Shown: positions 1 through 12,439 of the stretch, in pieces
How the letters are laid out: every line of letters begins with the position of its first letter
Position numbering within the stretch: the stretch's first letter is position 1
NCBI GenBank assembly: GCA_048128005.1
Contig: JBEUKZ010000069.1
Location: 62,001-126,000 of the forward strand
Reading direction: 5' to 3'
DNA length: 64,000 bases
Source: Veleropilina oligotropha
Taxonomy: Eukaryota
Notes under the pieces: model-generated
What the model was told of the DNA's origin: nothing
What the model saw: the letters and a program-made list of their open reading frames with translations, nothing else
Database searches by the model: none
Program-made: the position numbers and the translations under genes

Positions 1-1141
1 AGACTATATGCGGTGGGTGGTTTGGTTGATAAGCCGCACTGATAATCAGGAGCTGGCATGCCACCCTAGCGAGACTATATGCGCTGGTTGGTTTGGTTGA
101 TAAGCCGCACTGATAGCCGAGTTGATAAGAGTGTGTATTCTGAATTATCTCCCTAGACTGCTCTGTTTAACACAGTTGGTTAGAATCCTCGGTGGGGCAT
201 TCTTCGTTAGCTAACATTCACAGTTAGGCATAACTGACATGCCACCCTAGCAAGACTATATGCGCTGGGTGGTTTGGTTGATAAGCCGCACTGATAGCCG
301 AGTTGATAAGAGTGTGTATTCTGAATTATCTCCCTATACTGCTCTGTTTAACACCGTTGGTTAGAATCCTCGGGGGGCATTCTTCGTTAGCTAACATTCA
401 CAGTTAGGCATAACTGACATGCCACCCTAGCACGACTATATGCGGTGGGTGGTTTGGTTGATACGCCGCACTGATAGCCGAGTTGATAAGAGGGTGTATT
501 CTGAATTATCTCCCTAGACTGCTCTGTTTAACACAGTTGGTTAGAATCCTCGGTGGGGCATTCTTCGTTAGCTAACATTCACAGTTAGGCATAACTGACA
601 TGCCACCCTAGCAAGACTATATGCGGTGGGTGGTTTGGTTGATAAGCCGCACTGATAGCCGAGTTGATAAGAGTGTGTATTCTGAATTATCTCCCTAGAC
701 TGCTCTGTTTAACACAGTTGGTTAGAATCCTCGGTGGGGCATTCTTCGTTAGCTAACATTCACAGTTAGGCATAACTGACATGCCACCCTAGCAAGACTA
801 TATGCGGTGGGTGGTTTGGTTGATAAGCCGCACTGATAGCCGAGTTGATAAGAGTGTGTATTCTGAATTCTCTCCCTAGACTGCTCTGTTTAACACAGTT
901 GGTTAGAATCCTCGGTGGGGCATTCTTCGTTAGCTAACATTCACAGTTAGGCATAACTGACATGCCACCCTAGCAAGACTATATGCGGTGGGTGGTTTGG
1001 TTGATAAGCCGCACTGATAGCCGAGTTGATAAGAGTGTGTATTCTGAATTCTCTCCCTAGACTGCTCTGTTTAACACAGTTGGCTAGAATCCTCGGTGGG
1101 GCACTCTTCGTTAGCTAACATTCACAGTTAGGCATAACTGA
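1..1141. repeat. Tandem satellite, ~181-bp unit, about 6 copies visible
   Basis: GCCACCCTAG recurs at 60, 241, 421, 602, 783 and 964 (period 180-181); units are nearly identical. Confidence 0.97.
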
Positions 1142-1419
1142 CTCTGATCGTTGATGGCTGATATTTCCGGACTTTCCTCTTACGATAACATGGCATGTCC
1201 TGTTGGTATTAAAAACACATTTATATAAGCATTGATCCAAAATAAAGTCTGGATTGGGTAGATAAATTGACGGATTGGGATATCTGGTGACCTACCGTAT
1301 TTATTCCATATATCTAGCCGCGCGTAACTGTTATTATGAAGGGGGTTATCATGAATAGGGTAATCGGTACTAAAAATATGAAGCCATAATATTATGTTAC
1401 AATTTCTAAATGATACTAA

Positions 1420-1770
1420 CTTTTCTTGAAATAGACATTTAAGTCTGTCCACCAATAGTTTTACACCAGGAAATCTAATATAGCATTCAATTTCCAATCG
1501 TCTATCTACCGGCGAATGTGTATACTCACCACAGTGTCATCAGTGGTTATGATGCAAACAACTTTTCTGCCTGTCATGTTTCAGAAACAAATGGACAAGT
1601 TTGCCAATTTCTCTCGGAACGTGTCCCATCACTTTGCTGTCGAATTTTACCACTACTGCGTATTTATGGAATTGATTGTTATGTTCGATATCTGCGTTCA
1701 ATTTGAATGTATGTCCAATATATGGAGTCCAATCAGATTTATAAACGTGAAAGCCTCTTACATGCGATGC
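1420..1770 (-). pseudogene. Degenerate HIRAN-like domain fragment, probably transposon-derived
   Basis: Hand translation of the minus strand gives SHVRGFHVYKSDWTPYIG...HNNQFHKYAVVVKFDSKVMGHVPREIGKLV...RLEIECYIRFPG. This matches the VRGxHVY / N..D..AV / GHVPR / LEIPC pattern of HIRAN-like domains; it is interrupted by stops or frameshifts. Confidence 0.55.
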
Positions 1771-3150
1771 GACCTATTACATGCACATGACCAAATATAT
1801 AGGCCAAACCGATTCTCAGACAACACTGTAAACAGCAAGTGCTGTAATGCCCACGACAGTAGACAAATATTCGTGGAAAAAAAGTAGGGAGCTACATTTG
1901 GAAGGGGCGCGATATATGGAATGAGTACTTTACCAATTTGTATGATTTGGTGCATGCATTTATTATACACACTATGAGCGCGATACATTATTTGAACAAT
2001 ATAATTCCTAGTGTCAGTCAGTCTCCTTTGTTCCAGTTAACAACCCAGACAAAAAATATAGGTTAATTGGATTCACTGGCCAGTGACCAAATATTTTACA
2101 AGTTGCCATTATCTTTCAGTGGAAGAGTCGACTCGTATGTCAAGCTCTAGGAGATAATATGGTGGACAATTTAATGTTTTAAGGGATTACAACTTGACAG
2201 ATAATCGCATGACGGATAATACACTGAAATACCTTGGCGAAATCTCCATAACACGTCTCGTTATTGCTGAGGTATTACTAGTATAGTACCGGTATGCTAG
2301 ATATCGCTGGGGCTGGCAGTGTTTTATATATTGCTTAACTCTGCACAATGCCAGCCGCCCAGACTGTCATGTCGTTTCGACTGCAGACACTGAAATCACT
2401 GGCTTGATTCCACTGACACGAATAGTATTGGCTTCGAATCTCAGTTGGGACAAGACATTATTTGTTCAGTTATGACCCACAGTTGTCCATACCTGGTTGG
2501 AGATGGCAGGTTTCCCTGGTCAACTGAGATGGCAGGTTTCCCTGGTCGACTGGACTTTCCCCCCGCGGTAATACACAAATGTATATATACTGCTTTGAAC
2601 CCGATGGTTGTAAATTCTAGTATACAGGAAGCAACAATCCTTTTATTTTGTTTTCTGTACAATGCCACAATTATTTGCATATGATAATTATAGTAAAATA
2701 TTCCGTTCCTGTAAATTATATGCAAATTACCAAAATATGTAATACCCAAATAAGTTCCACTGAAATTTAAACTGTTAATGAGTCATGCTTACTGATGTAT
2801 ATGTACTGGCTCTAAGCAGCTCATAGTACATATTTCAATTGTAAAGTTACTGCTCATATGTCAAGGTAACATGAACACTTTAATTAGAAGAGGGCATTCC
2901 TTCGGCCATGATGATGCTCCGGAGATTTTCAGTGACTGCATAATAGTCATTTATATACCATGGTTATCAATATCTGACGATAAAATGAACATGCTCCAAT
3001 ATGACTATATATATTAAGACTGAACAATAAATTAAAGTATTAAAATGTAGCGAAATGCAGGTAAATCTACAGCAATAAGTTTATTCAGAACAAAATAGAG
3101 GGTATGTAATAAAAATGATTTGTTTAGTAAACTTAATATTAGTTAAAACA

Positions 3151-3350
3151 TACTTACATCCTTACTCTTGCCATAATAGTCATATTATCGCTAACCGGAA
3201 ACAGTGAATAATTTGTCACATTTTATGCACTATTAAGTCAAAACACTACGATTACCTCCCCTGCTCCCCCTCTCTAAGTTCCCCCGGCGAGATCTCGCCA
3301 AGTCTCGCGAGATGTCCGAGCCCAAGGTCAAAAGGACTCAATTCAAAATT
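3151..3350. repeat. DIRS 3' inverted terminal repeat
   Basis: Reverse complement of 9724-9923 with few mismatches. Confidence 0.93.
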
Positions 3351-3411
3351 CAGAACACCAAAGGAACTTAGTAAGAGGGGAGGAATGCGAAAGCGCAGGA
3401 CGGGTAATCGT

Positions 3412-3501
3412 AGTAAGGACGTAAGTATGTTTTAACTAATATTAGGTTTACTAAAAAACCTCATATGTAGTTACAAACTACTTACGTCCTTACTCTTGCC
3501 A
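3412..3501. repeat. DIRS internal complementary region (ICR)
   Basis: 3468-3501 is the exact reverse complement of 9901-9934; 3412-3455 is nearly the reverse complement of 3124-3167. Confidence 0.9.
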
Positions 3502-4329
3502 GAATGACCTTGGATAGGTGGGTAAGAAGTTCCTTACAACAATCCCAAACAAGATTATGACTTACTTTTCACCTTATCAATCAGCTTGAAGCGACGATTG
3601 TGTCAGCTCAGAGTGGAATCTGCTGAGTATTATATTATACTCTTACAAGGCGAGAATTTCGACCAGTGATACCGGGATAATACGCCGATGTGTTAGTCGG
3701 ACAAGGTGAACGGAAGTGTAATCAGCCCCAGGCACGGCCGGAAGGAAGATCCTTGTAGGTCTTACGTGTCATGGACCAGTGGCAGCCAACTAAACTCCAG
3801 ACCATCGGCCGGTAGCCAGAGGAAGCAGTCGGATTTGTAGTCACACGGAACCTAATAGGTTGCGAAGACATCAAATCTTAAGCAAAGAATTAATAGATTA
3901 AATAAATAATCGATATTAATAAGTAATTCGCATGACCAACTTGCGAAAGGCTAACATGAGTACATGTTATTTAAAATAAATTTTAAGGTAGCAAATATTA
4001 AAATTTTTCCATTGTCTTGAACATCGTATGTTCCATAACAGCATACAACACCAATAATATTGAACCTCAAAATCCTATAACATTTTTGCAATATAAATGT
4101 GTATTAAATTCAATGTGAACTGGCCTGTCAAAATACTCAGGTATGACATGAAAGGATCAATATCTTAAAATGTTTTTAAGAAATGAACATACATTGAACC
4201 GCCTCATAATGTGTTTACATAGTAACACTTAGGCATAACAATAACATTGCTTCGGCAAGAAGTATTAAATTGATCAATCAAGACAAAATACTTACTTACT
4301 GATTAGACGACCTTTGTCTAATAATACAT

Positions 4330-4900
4330 CGTTGATCAGCTACACATTTCAGACTGCTCAACCCGTCAGCCCCAGTAGAATAATCTCGCGGGTAATGTTT
4401 AACAAAGACATTTGGACTTTTTCAGTAGCCTGCTTGTACCAACGCCGAGATGTTTAAACTATGCCGGAAGGCGATGGAAGCTGCGATTGCGCGGACCTCG
4501 TGCGTGCGAACTGAAACAATAATGAGGTCTACGTTTACACAGCGAGAGTACACGTCTCTCACCACCTGTGAAATCCATCGCGAAACATACCAGTCGTCTT
4601 CGTAATGTCGCGGGTAAAGGAAGGTAAATACGAAATAAAGAGACGTAGTTTTCCCTGCCGCATATCACGAGTCCTGTCGCGGTAGTAACGTAAGGCACGC
4701 ACAGGGCAGTTTAAATGGTCCACATCGTGTCTTCCGACCAGTGTAAGCTTCTTGGCGAGGAAGCCCAAGATAGGACGCAGCTGTGACACCAATCCACGTA
4801 CTTTACCCATCGGTAGTCGTATACTTTAGACATGGAAAGCCTTCTCGATTGGTAGATGCGTAGGGCTGTAGCACGAGATAATCCTTTCTTAGCGATGGAT
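4330..4900 (-). pseudogene. DIRS tyrosine recombinase remnant, internally deleted and frameshifted
   Basis: N-terminal motif LSMSKVYDYRWVKYVDWC, then CPVRALRYY...LFISY, then RTHEVRAIAASIAF...GY*KSPNVFVKHY (HxxR motif and catalytic Tyr, about 4394-4505). The usual intervening region appears to be missing. Confidence 0.82.
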
Positions 4901-6760
4901 CGTTCGATAACCGCCAGGCGTGTAAATGTAAGTCGTTCCACAACGGGTGTAATACACGAGTGCATTAACAGGTCCGGTCTCTGCGGGAGCATTAACGGTC
5001 GGTCGACGATCAGATCGAGGAGGGTCGGGAACCAATGTTGCGTGCGATACAGGGGCGTGATTAGCGTTATCTCGCAACGTTCCTTCGATGCCTTCTGTAG
5101 TACAAGTGACAGGATGCACAACGGGGGAAGGCATATGCGGAAAGATTATCCCATGTCATTGACAGCGTGTCGACCGCTAGGGTGGCCGGGTCCGGGTACA
5201 GGGAGACATACAGAGGTAGTCAGTGATTGAATTATGTTGCAAACAGATCGACAAACGTCCCGAGCTACTCGGCTGTGTAGCGTCCACTCTGTGTGTATAA
5301 TCTGTGATTTCCGAGAGAGCGAGTCCGCTCTGACATTCAGCTTTCCCGGGATGTGTCTTGCTCGTATCGTCGAGTTGAGGGACATCGCTAGGCGGTGTAG
5401 GTCGATTGCCCGGTCGCAAAGGGGATGCGAGCGAGTGCCGCCCTGGTGTTGAATGTAAGCGACGACAGTCGTGTTGTCCATGGCGAGCATTATATGCTTG
5501 TTGCGGAGATGTGACGAGAGGGACCGTACTGTCAGGTAGACCGCTTATAGCTCTAGGTAGTTTATGTGTCGTCCCTGCAGGTCCGTCGGCCATAGGCCCG
5601 ATGTCTCATAACTGTCGAAGTGACCACCCCAGCCGTCGTTCGAAGCGTCTGTGAACAGCTAAGCGTTCGGCTCTGGCGGGGATATAGGAACCGTCTGGCT
5701 CAGCAAAGCAGGGTTCAGCGACACTGCTGTCGTGCGAGTAAACCAATGCCGTAGATCGATACGATCCGTCCACTGCCCCGTCCGTTGTATCCAGCGATCA
5801 CTGAACGCCTGTTGTAACGGTCGTTTGTCAATTAGGCCCGTCGGTAGCAGGGTCGCTACTGACTCGATGTGCCCCAGGACAGTGGCCAGTTGTCGCGCCG
5901 TAGTTATCTCCGATGACAGGGTGTCTTGAATAATCGCGCGTAGGTTCAGTATACATTTCTGGGTCGGTTTTGCGGTGTACCGAAACGTATCAAACTCGAC
6001 GCAGAGAAACGTAAACGTCGTGGAGGGTACGAAGCAGGATTTTGTTTCGTTGATCTGAAATCCCAGTCGCTTCGCCGATGACAGGGTAAAGCTCGTAGAC
6101 CGGTGGCCCAGGTCCCGGGACGCCCCGAGGATCAGCCAGTCGTCGAGGTACATATGTACCCTGTGCCCTAGAGAGTGTAGGAAGGCTCCGATGGCCTGTA
6201 CTGTTCTTGTGAAGACGTACAGGGCTGACGATAGACCGAACGGTAGGCACCTGAATTGGTAGATCGTCTCCCGGTGTATAAACCGAAAGTACTGATGAGC
6301 CATGATATGCATCGGGACATGCAGATTAGCATCGGTCAGATCGATAGACGCTGCCCAGTCGCCCGGACGGATGGCCGCTTGTATCTTCGAGAAGGTTTCT
6401 TGCTGGAATTTATCGGTGCAAAGATATCGGTTGAGATACGAGAGATCAAGGATCAGTCGCCAGCGGCCATCGGGTTTCGGGACCAGGAAGAAAATGGCTG
6501 TAAAATCCTGGTGTGCTGGGCGGCGCGGGATATATCGATCCTTTGAGGAGTAAGTCCCGCACTGCCTGGTCTAAGACCGCTTGTTTCTCACCTTGCAAGG
6601 GGCGAGCGCGGCTTGGTGGTGGTGCCTCGGCTAGGGTCGGATGCCGGTTGACTGCCAACTGGTATCCGGCACTCACGACTGAGTGGACCCAGCTGCTGTC
6701 TGTTAATTCTAGCCATGGCTGGCTGTACGCTAACAGACACGCTCCCACCGGCGGAAGCGG
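4900..6760 (-). pseudogene. DIRS pol: reverse transcriptase, RNase H and methyltransferase-like domain, disrupted
   Basis: RT: PVGACL..W, PGFYS, YQFRCLPFGLSSA, HMYLDDWLI (6131-6156). RNase H: FTDASNDGWG, DNTTVVAYIQHQGGTRS, HIPGKLNVRADSLSR. MT-like: ITLITPLYRTQHWFPTL. Split over several ORFs by stops and frameshifts. Confidence 0.92.
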
Positions 6761-6951
6761 GCAGCTGGGACCGTCGTGCGTGCCGGTAGCCCTACGGCCG
6801 AGGTGGCTTCCCTCTCCCGCTCTGACGGGAATTCGTTGGAGGTGCTTGCCTCTTCTGTGTTGGTTTACTGGCCGGGGGCATACCACCAGAAGAGGGCCTT
6901 GCACGCTTGGACGGTTTTGGGGTCCGGGTGGGCCCTGAACGCTTCCTCGAG

Positions 6952-9030
6952 TCAGCGGGTGGACCCGGGGGGGTGTGTGTGCAGCACCGCCTTCTCGATG
7001 GCACGGTCATTCAGGTCCGCCGCTCTCTTGTCGACAAATTCCGAGAAATTGTCTCCAAAGAGAGTGGTGGCCGAGCAAGGCACACATCGCAATGAGCGCC
7101 GGGTGGCCTCATCCAGCGAGGTGGCTTCCAGGCAAGCGTCCCTACGAAGTAGGAGAGCGTTACACAGGACACGTCCCGTCTCCAACGCGCTGGTCTCCGT
7201 AACGGCAGCAACCTATTGGAGGAAGGACAGGGCTGCCTCGCGGGCGCCTGGTCCTTCCTCCTGTAGTACGGCTATCGCTCAGTCCAGGAAAAAATCATGT
7301 ACGGACGACAGCCGCAGAGCCCGTCGGGCGGAGCTCTCAAAATGTTCCAAGGCGGCCCAAGGAACCTCTGCCACAGAGGGAGTGTGACTGGCGGTCAGTC
7401 GACGCATCGCTGCGTCAACACAAGCCGGCTCAGTCGCCAGGCATGGACCAGTACATGCGAACGCGAACTGGCCCGGAGGTACCTCCCACTACGGAACCAT
7501 GAAGGGAACTCCGTCAACGGGGAGGAATCCACCGGATTGCGCCCCCTGAACGAGCTTAGTTGTCGAGTCGACGACTAGATCAACGAGCCCAGACTGAGGT
7601 AAGGAAGGAAGCCCCCCTTGCTTCCTTCTCAACAAACCGATGTGCCGCCGTCCTGTGCTTGTTCAAGCGTACACCCGACCGAGTCGGTTCCGGTAGACCA
7701 AGCACCCCACGAAGTGACGCAACTGCGTCAAGCCTTCGGCGGGTGGTGGAGATCGGCTCCTGCATGCGTGAGAGACTGCAAGCGTCTTCGGGCCCGACCG
7801 ATTCAGGGAGGTCGGAGTGAGTGAAGTCGAGGTCCTCATCGGAACGAGGGTCGATCTTCATCACTGATGCGGGAGCCGAGCTCTGCACCACGGGCAGAGG
7901 TGCAGGGAACTGGGCCTGCTGGGTAGCCGGTTGCCAGGCCTTACAGCGGGACTCGAACTCCGCCGCGAACATAGCCTGGAAATTCTCGTACGAGAAACCC
8001 GGAGGCATGACGGGCGTCAAACTAACAGCCGGTAGTTCGGTCGAAGTCACCGTGGCGCAAGGTTGACGGGCTGCACAGACAGGTGGAGCCGAGAACCAGG
8101 GTCTCGGGTCACCTGTCGAGCGGTCGTCCCGAAGAAATGGCCCGAAGGCGCATTCAGGGTAACGGGCGACCTGTAGGACTGTGGCCACAGTCCGTACTGC
8201 TCTACCACTCTGTTCGAGCGTGGCATGGTCGGGTTACGGTAAAACCTGTGTCCGAACGCAGCAGGTCCGTACGCGTTACCTAGCGTTGCCCCTGTGGGTG
8301 CACGGGAGATAACGGGCCCTCTGAAACACTCGTGAGCTCCGAGGTTGAGCGGAAAAACCCAAGGGTTAGTCGCGTCTGTCTCGGACGAGCGTTCAGGCGT
8401 CGCCAATTGTCCGGATCTTAGACCATCGTAATGGTGTCCGGCCTCTTGATTGGCTTTCTCATTGGGTTGCTCTCCGCCGCTAAGCGGAGAGTTTCTCGCA
8501 GAAGGACTAACATTCCCAGTATTCTTCGAGGCCGAAGAATGGGATGGGGAATGTCTGCCCTGTTCAGCGGTTCGCCGCGCTGCCAGATATACCTTGCTAG
8601 CTGGCAAGGTATGGTTGGCTGCGGTTACTAGGCCCGTTTGAGGAGGATCGGACAGCTCTCGGGCTCCTACCTGAGTCTGTGGTCCCGGCACGGTTTCGGC
8701 GACTCCCCCATGAGTCGCGGAGGTTTCGCCGGTAGATCCGGTGACAGATGGTACCCTTGGTCGGCTGTCGTCCAGCGTCCCGAAGCAGACAAAGAAAGGT
8801 TATCCCTTAACTTACCATTTTGTCCCTTCTCCGGGGGAGGACCCACCGTGGCAGCCGCCCTGGTCGGCTTCACTGGTGGAAAGATGAGCGCCCACTGCCT
8901 CTCTGTTAAACATAGACACAGTTCACATTGATATGTTTTACTACAGTTACGGTGAACACGGCATTACGTGTGCCTATCAAATCCGTGAATCTTCTGGTTA
9001 CACCCGGAGTTGCTGCACCGGACCATAGCT
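6952..9030 (-). pseudogene. DIRS gag-like ORF1, fragmented
   Basis: Cys/His-rich N-terminus (about 8890-9020, ...CELCLCLTERQW), a long Pro/Ser-rich middle and the C-terminal motif NALLLRRDACL...LRCVPCSATTLFG, upstream of pol. Confidence 0.65.
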
Positions 9031-9723
9031 GAATACATGGGAGGGTGATAGTGGGTGGATGGGGTAGCTAAAAATGTATGTTTGGTAGTTGTGACTCTAC
9101 TATTACAACCCTTTAGATTGTACCTTATCTGAAGATCGGAGATCAGGCGATATACCGTAAATAACCCCGAGATGGGAACACCGAGGCCGGCTAATAAAAC
9201 CCGGCAATAGACTAAAAGGGGGGTTTTTCTCTGAAAAAACGACCCGAGAAAACACCTGAAAACCTCGTGGATGTTTTTTAAAGTTAGTACGGTGGCGTAT
9301 TATCCCAGTAACGTTGATATCTAAACAATCCTGCCTTTTAACAACGTTAAATATCGAAACAATAATTACCAGCAATAAACGTCGTTAATGAATTATCTAA
9401 TATAATGAGTTACCTTTGAAGTCTCAAATAATATCAGATATATATATACCGACCATAAATTTCTTTACTAACGAAACTTCCCCTCTGAGCGGCCCTTGCT
9501 TTTATCGGGCAACGGCGGCGATGTCCATTTCACTCCAATCTCACAACTTCCTTCTTAGTTGAAGTAGCACAGATCTTAAATCTTCTCTTTCACTGATGTT
9601 ATCACTTCCTAAAGGTAATCCAGTGCTTATAACTTTTTGAAATGTTACAAGAAAGATTTTATATAAATCGTAACTGAACACTTTACAGCGGCAAAGAAAA
9701 CACGTTTTTCCAAGATGGCGGAA

Positions 9724-9923
9724 AACTTTGAATTGAGGCCTTTTGACCTTGGACTAGTACATCTCGCGAGACTTGGCGAGATCTCGCCGGGGGAACTTAG
9801 AGAGGGGGAGCATGGGAGGTAATCGTAGTGTTTTGACTTAATAGTGCATAAAATGTGACAAATTATTCACTGTTTCCGGTTAGCGATAATATGACTATTA
9901 TGGCAAGAGTAAGGACGTAAGTA
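9724..9923. repeat. DIRS 5' inverted terminal repeat
   Basis: Reverse complement of 3151-3350. Confidence 0.93.
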
Positions 9924-11769
9924 GTTTGTAACTATTTACAGTGTATTGAACACAGGTAATATAAAACTTAGGCGCACTTTCGGTGCTTCCCCCCACAGCT
10001 CCGGCTTTTACTCAACTTTGGAAATCCGGTTTTTCATCTTCGATAAAAGGACGACATTGGACGCGTCGTTAATTTTAAATCCATGGGGACTAGCAACAGG
10101 TGAACCTCGGTCAGTCCAGGTTCACGGGGCGGTCCGTTGTATATACGTTTGTAAAGCCAATACAACTACGTACCCATCACGTGTATCTTATCATAGGCCG
10201 TGAATTTAAGACAAATACAAGCCGGAACTCCTTAAATATGTATAAAATCCGGATCTGTGGGGAAGTACCGAAAGAGCACCAAAACTTATAATGTAACATT
10301 GAGCATAATAACTTTATTTATCTTCAAGACATTGCTGATATTTTTTTATATTTTGGCGATCTCACTTTGTGCATATAAAACGAAAGTATGGAATAATTTT
10401 ACATATTATAATTTTATAATAGTACAGTTACATTGTTCAGGGTGTATCAGTAGAAAACATATAAAATAACTATAATCAAGATATATATTACATGCATGAA
10501 AATGTGAAATATTCAATTATTTTTAAATGAAATATATATATGTTGTATCTACATAATATATTGCAATAGTAAATAGCTGAACATTAATTACAATACCTTA
10601 AGAAAATAAACATTCCTTAAACATATTAGTAATATAAATAATATGTTATACTATTATATACTATTATACTATTATATGATCTTATAAATACAAACAAATG
10701 AGCTAACTGTCTGTTAAAATTTCATTATATTATAATCATCAAGGGTCAAATTCCATATACATAATGAACTCAAATTGTCTTTCAATATATGAAAAATAAA
10801 CACGTCATTTATCACTAGCACAAGACTTTTATATCATTATTACCGATATATATAACAATGATGAATTCATTCAGAGGGCTGCTCTCCGGCGAAGACATTT
10901 GTACATTGTGCACCAGCTGTCACAATATATGCAAGTAATATGTTGTGCTGACGTAATCATGAACAAAATATTTGTCAAAGAAATAATCATTTTCATATGA
11001 ACATGATTGTTGAAGAATACATGATAGTCATTGATCGGACACTGTAACAGTTCAATTTTACATTAAAATTCAAGGTTCAAAATGCTGATTCGGATGCTTA
11101 GATCTCACTCTTTATCAAACTTGGCCTAAATCTTATGTCAATATTCTGACCAAGTTTGTTGAAGAATAGATGAAATTTGCTCGCGTTATCAATCAAATGT
11201 GTCAGTATTACATAATTCAAGGACCATAACTCTGGTTCTACAGGTTCGGCATTCATGGGAACCGAGCGTCGCGGTCCAGCATCATAGATACATAAATGAG
11301 TAATATGTCGTTTTGCTTGTTTTAAAGAACCAGGATCCTGATTCGGCAATTTGTCAATGAAAAAGTACGAAAAATGACTTTGATGGACATATAATAATAA
11401 ATAGGTGTCAAAATTGACGAAATCCAAGATGGCCACAATAAATTAGTGAAAATATTAGCGGGTATGCAATATAAGGAAGTATGATTAATAACTAGAACGT
11501 CGAAGCCGTGATATGGCTCGCATGACATATTGCACAATTCTCTAGTAGCCATACATTAATTAAAACGTCTGGAGTTCTTAGAAGCAATCACAGTAATATA
11601 TAATATTCTAGGACCTTGGATTAACCATGAAGAAAGCAATATATTTTGAATTGTAATAATTATTTGTGTGAGTTCACCAACAAACACAATTCAAACATTA
11701 AAGTAGAAGAATGACGCTTTTGGAATAGAGTAATTACAAAAATTCATTATTACGGAGTAGCATTAGTCA

Positions 11770-12365
11770 ATATTACTATAAATCAATGCAAAACAAAAAT
11801 GTATATGTCCACAAACACTAATTTCACATGTTATTTATATTATAAATCACTTGCAGATGAGGGAGCAGCATCAATCTAGTCAACACTACAATATATGGAT
11901 GTAAACCAGTGCCTAGAACAACCCATATGCCCATTGCAAAATTTCAACAAAACTTTAACGAAAATGTCTATGTCCACAAACACCTATTTTTATGCAATAA
12001 TTATATTAAATTTAATTCAGCATCACTTCCATAGTATCAGGTGACATTCATATTATCAATACCAAAGCATATATACACCAAAATGTTGTTTCAACAACCC
12101 ATATACACTCAGTGAAAAACTTTAACCGGAATCTTTAACCAAACTTTTTATGTTAAAAAACACCTACATTTACGCAATAATTATATTAAATTTTATTCAA
12201 TCTCACTTCCAGAGTACCAGGTGTCATCCATATAGTGCCTACAAAAGCATATATATGCCAAAAAGTATCATGGGCAAGCCAAAGCTTTAACCAAAATTGT
12301 TTACGGACGCTCGGACGGACATGGCAACAACAATATCCCCCGCTACCCTTCAGCCGGGGGATACA
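11770..12365 (+). mobile_element. Helentron/HINE-like non-autonomous element
   Basis: Degenerate internal tandem repeats, then a CGGA microsatellite-like tract and a terminal hairpin TATCCCCCG...CGGGGGATA (about 12334-12363). Confidence 0.5.
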
Positions 12366-12439
12366 AATCAATTTTACCTTAATTGTATGTTACATCTTTT
12401 AATTATATACATCAAACCTTGTTGTTCAATCAAATCCAT

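Larger units (their letters stand above)
3116..9934 (-). mobile_element. DIRS1-type tyrosine-recombinase retrotransposon, decayed
   Basis: 200-bp inverted terminal repeats plus an internal complementary region. Minus-strand gag-like, RT, RNase H, methyltransferase-like and YR remnants lie in DIRS order. The interior is GC-rich relative to the flanks. Confidence 0.93.

Noticed and set aside
1..1141. CRISPR-like array (also considered for 18240-19020 and the TIR subrepeats)
   Set aside because: Whole units repeat with no unique spacers, there are no cas genes, and the context is eukaryotic.
4856..8931. Many plus-strand ORFs in the DIRS body
   Set aside because: Antisense shadows in GC-rich sequence; the recognisable motifs are all on the minus strand.
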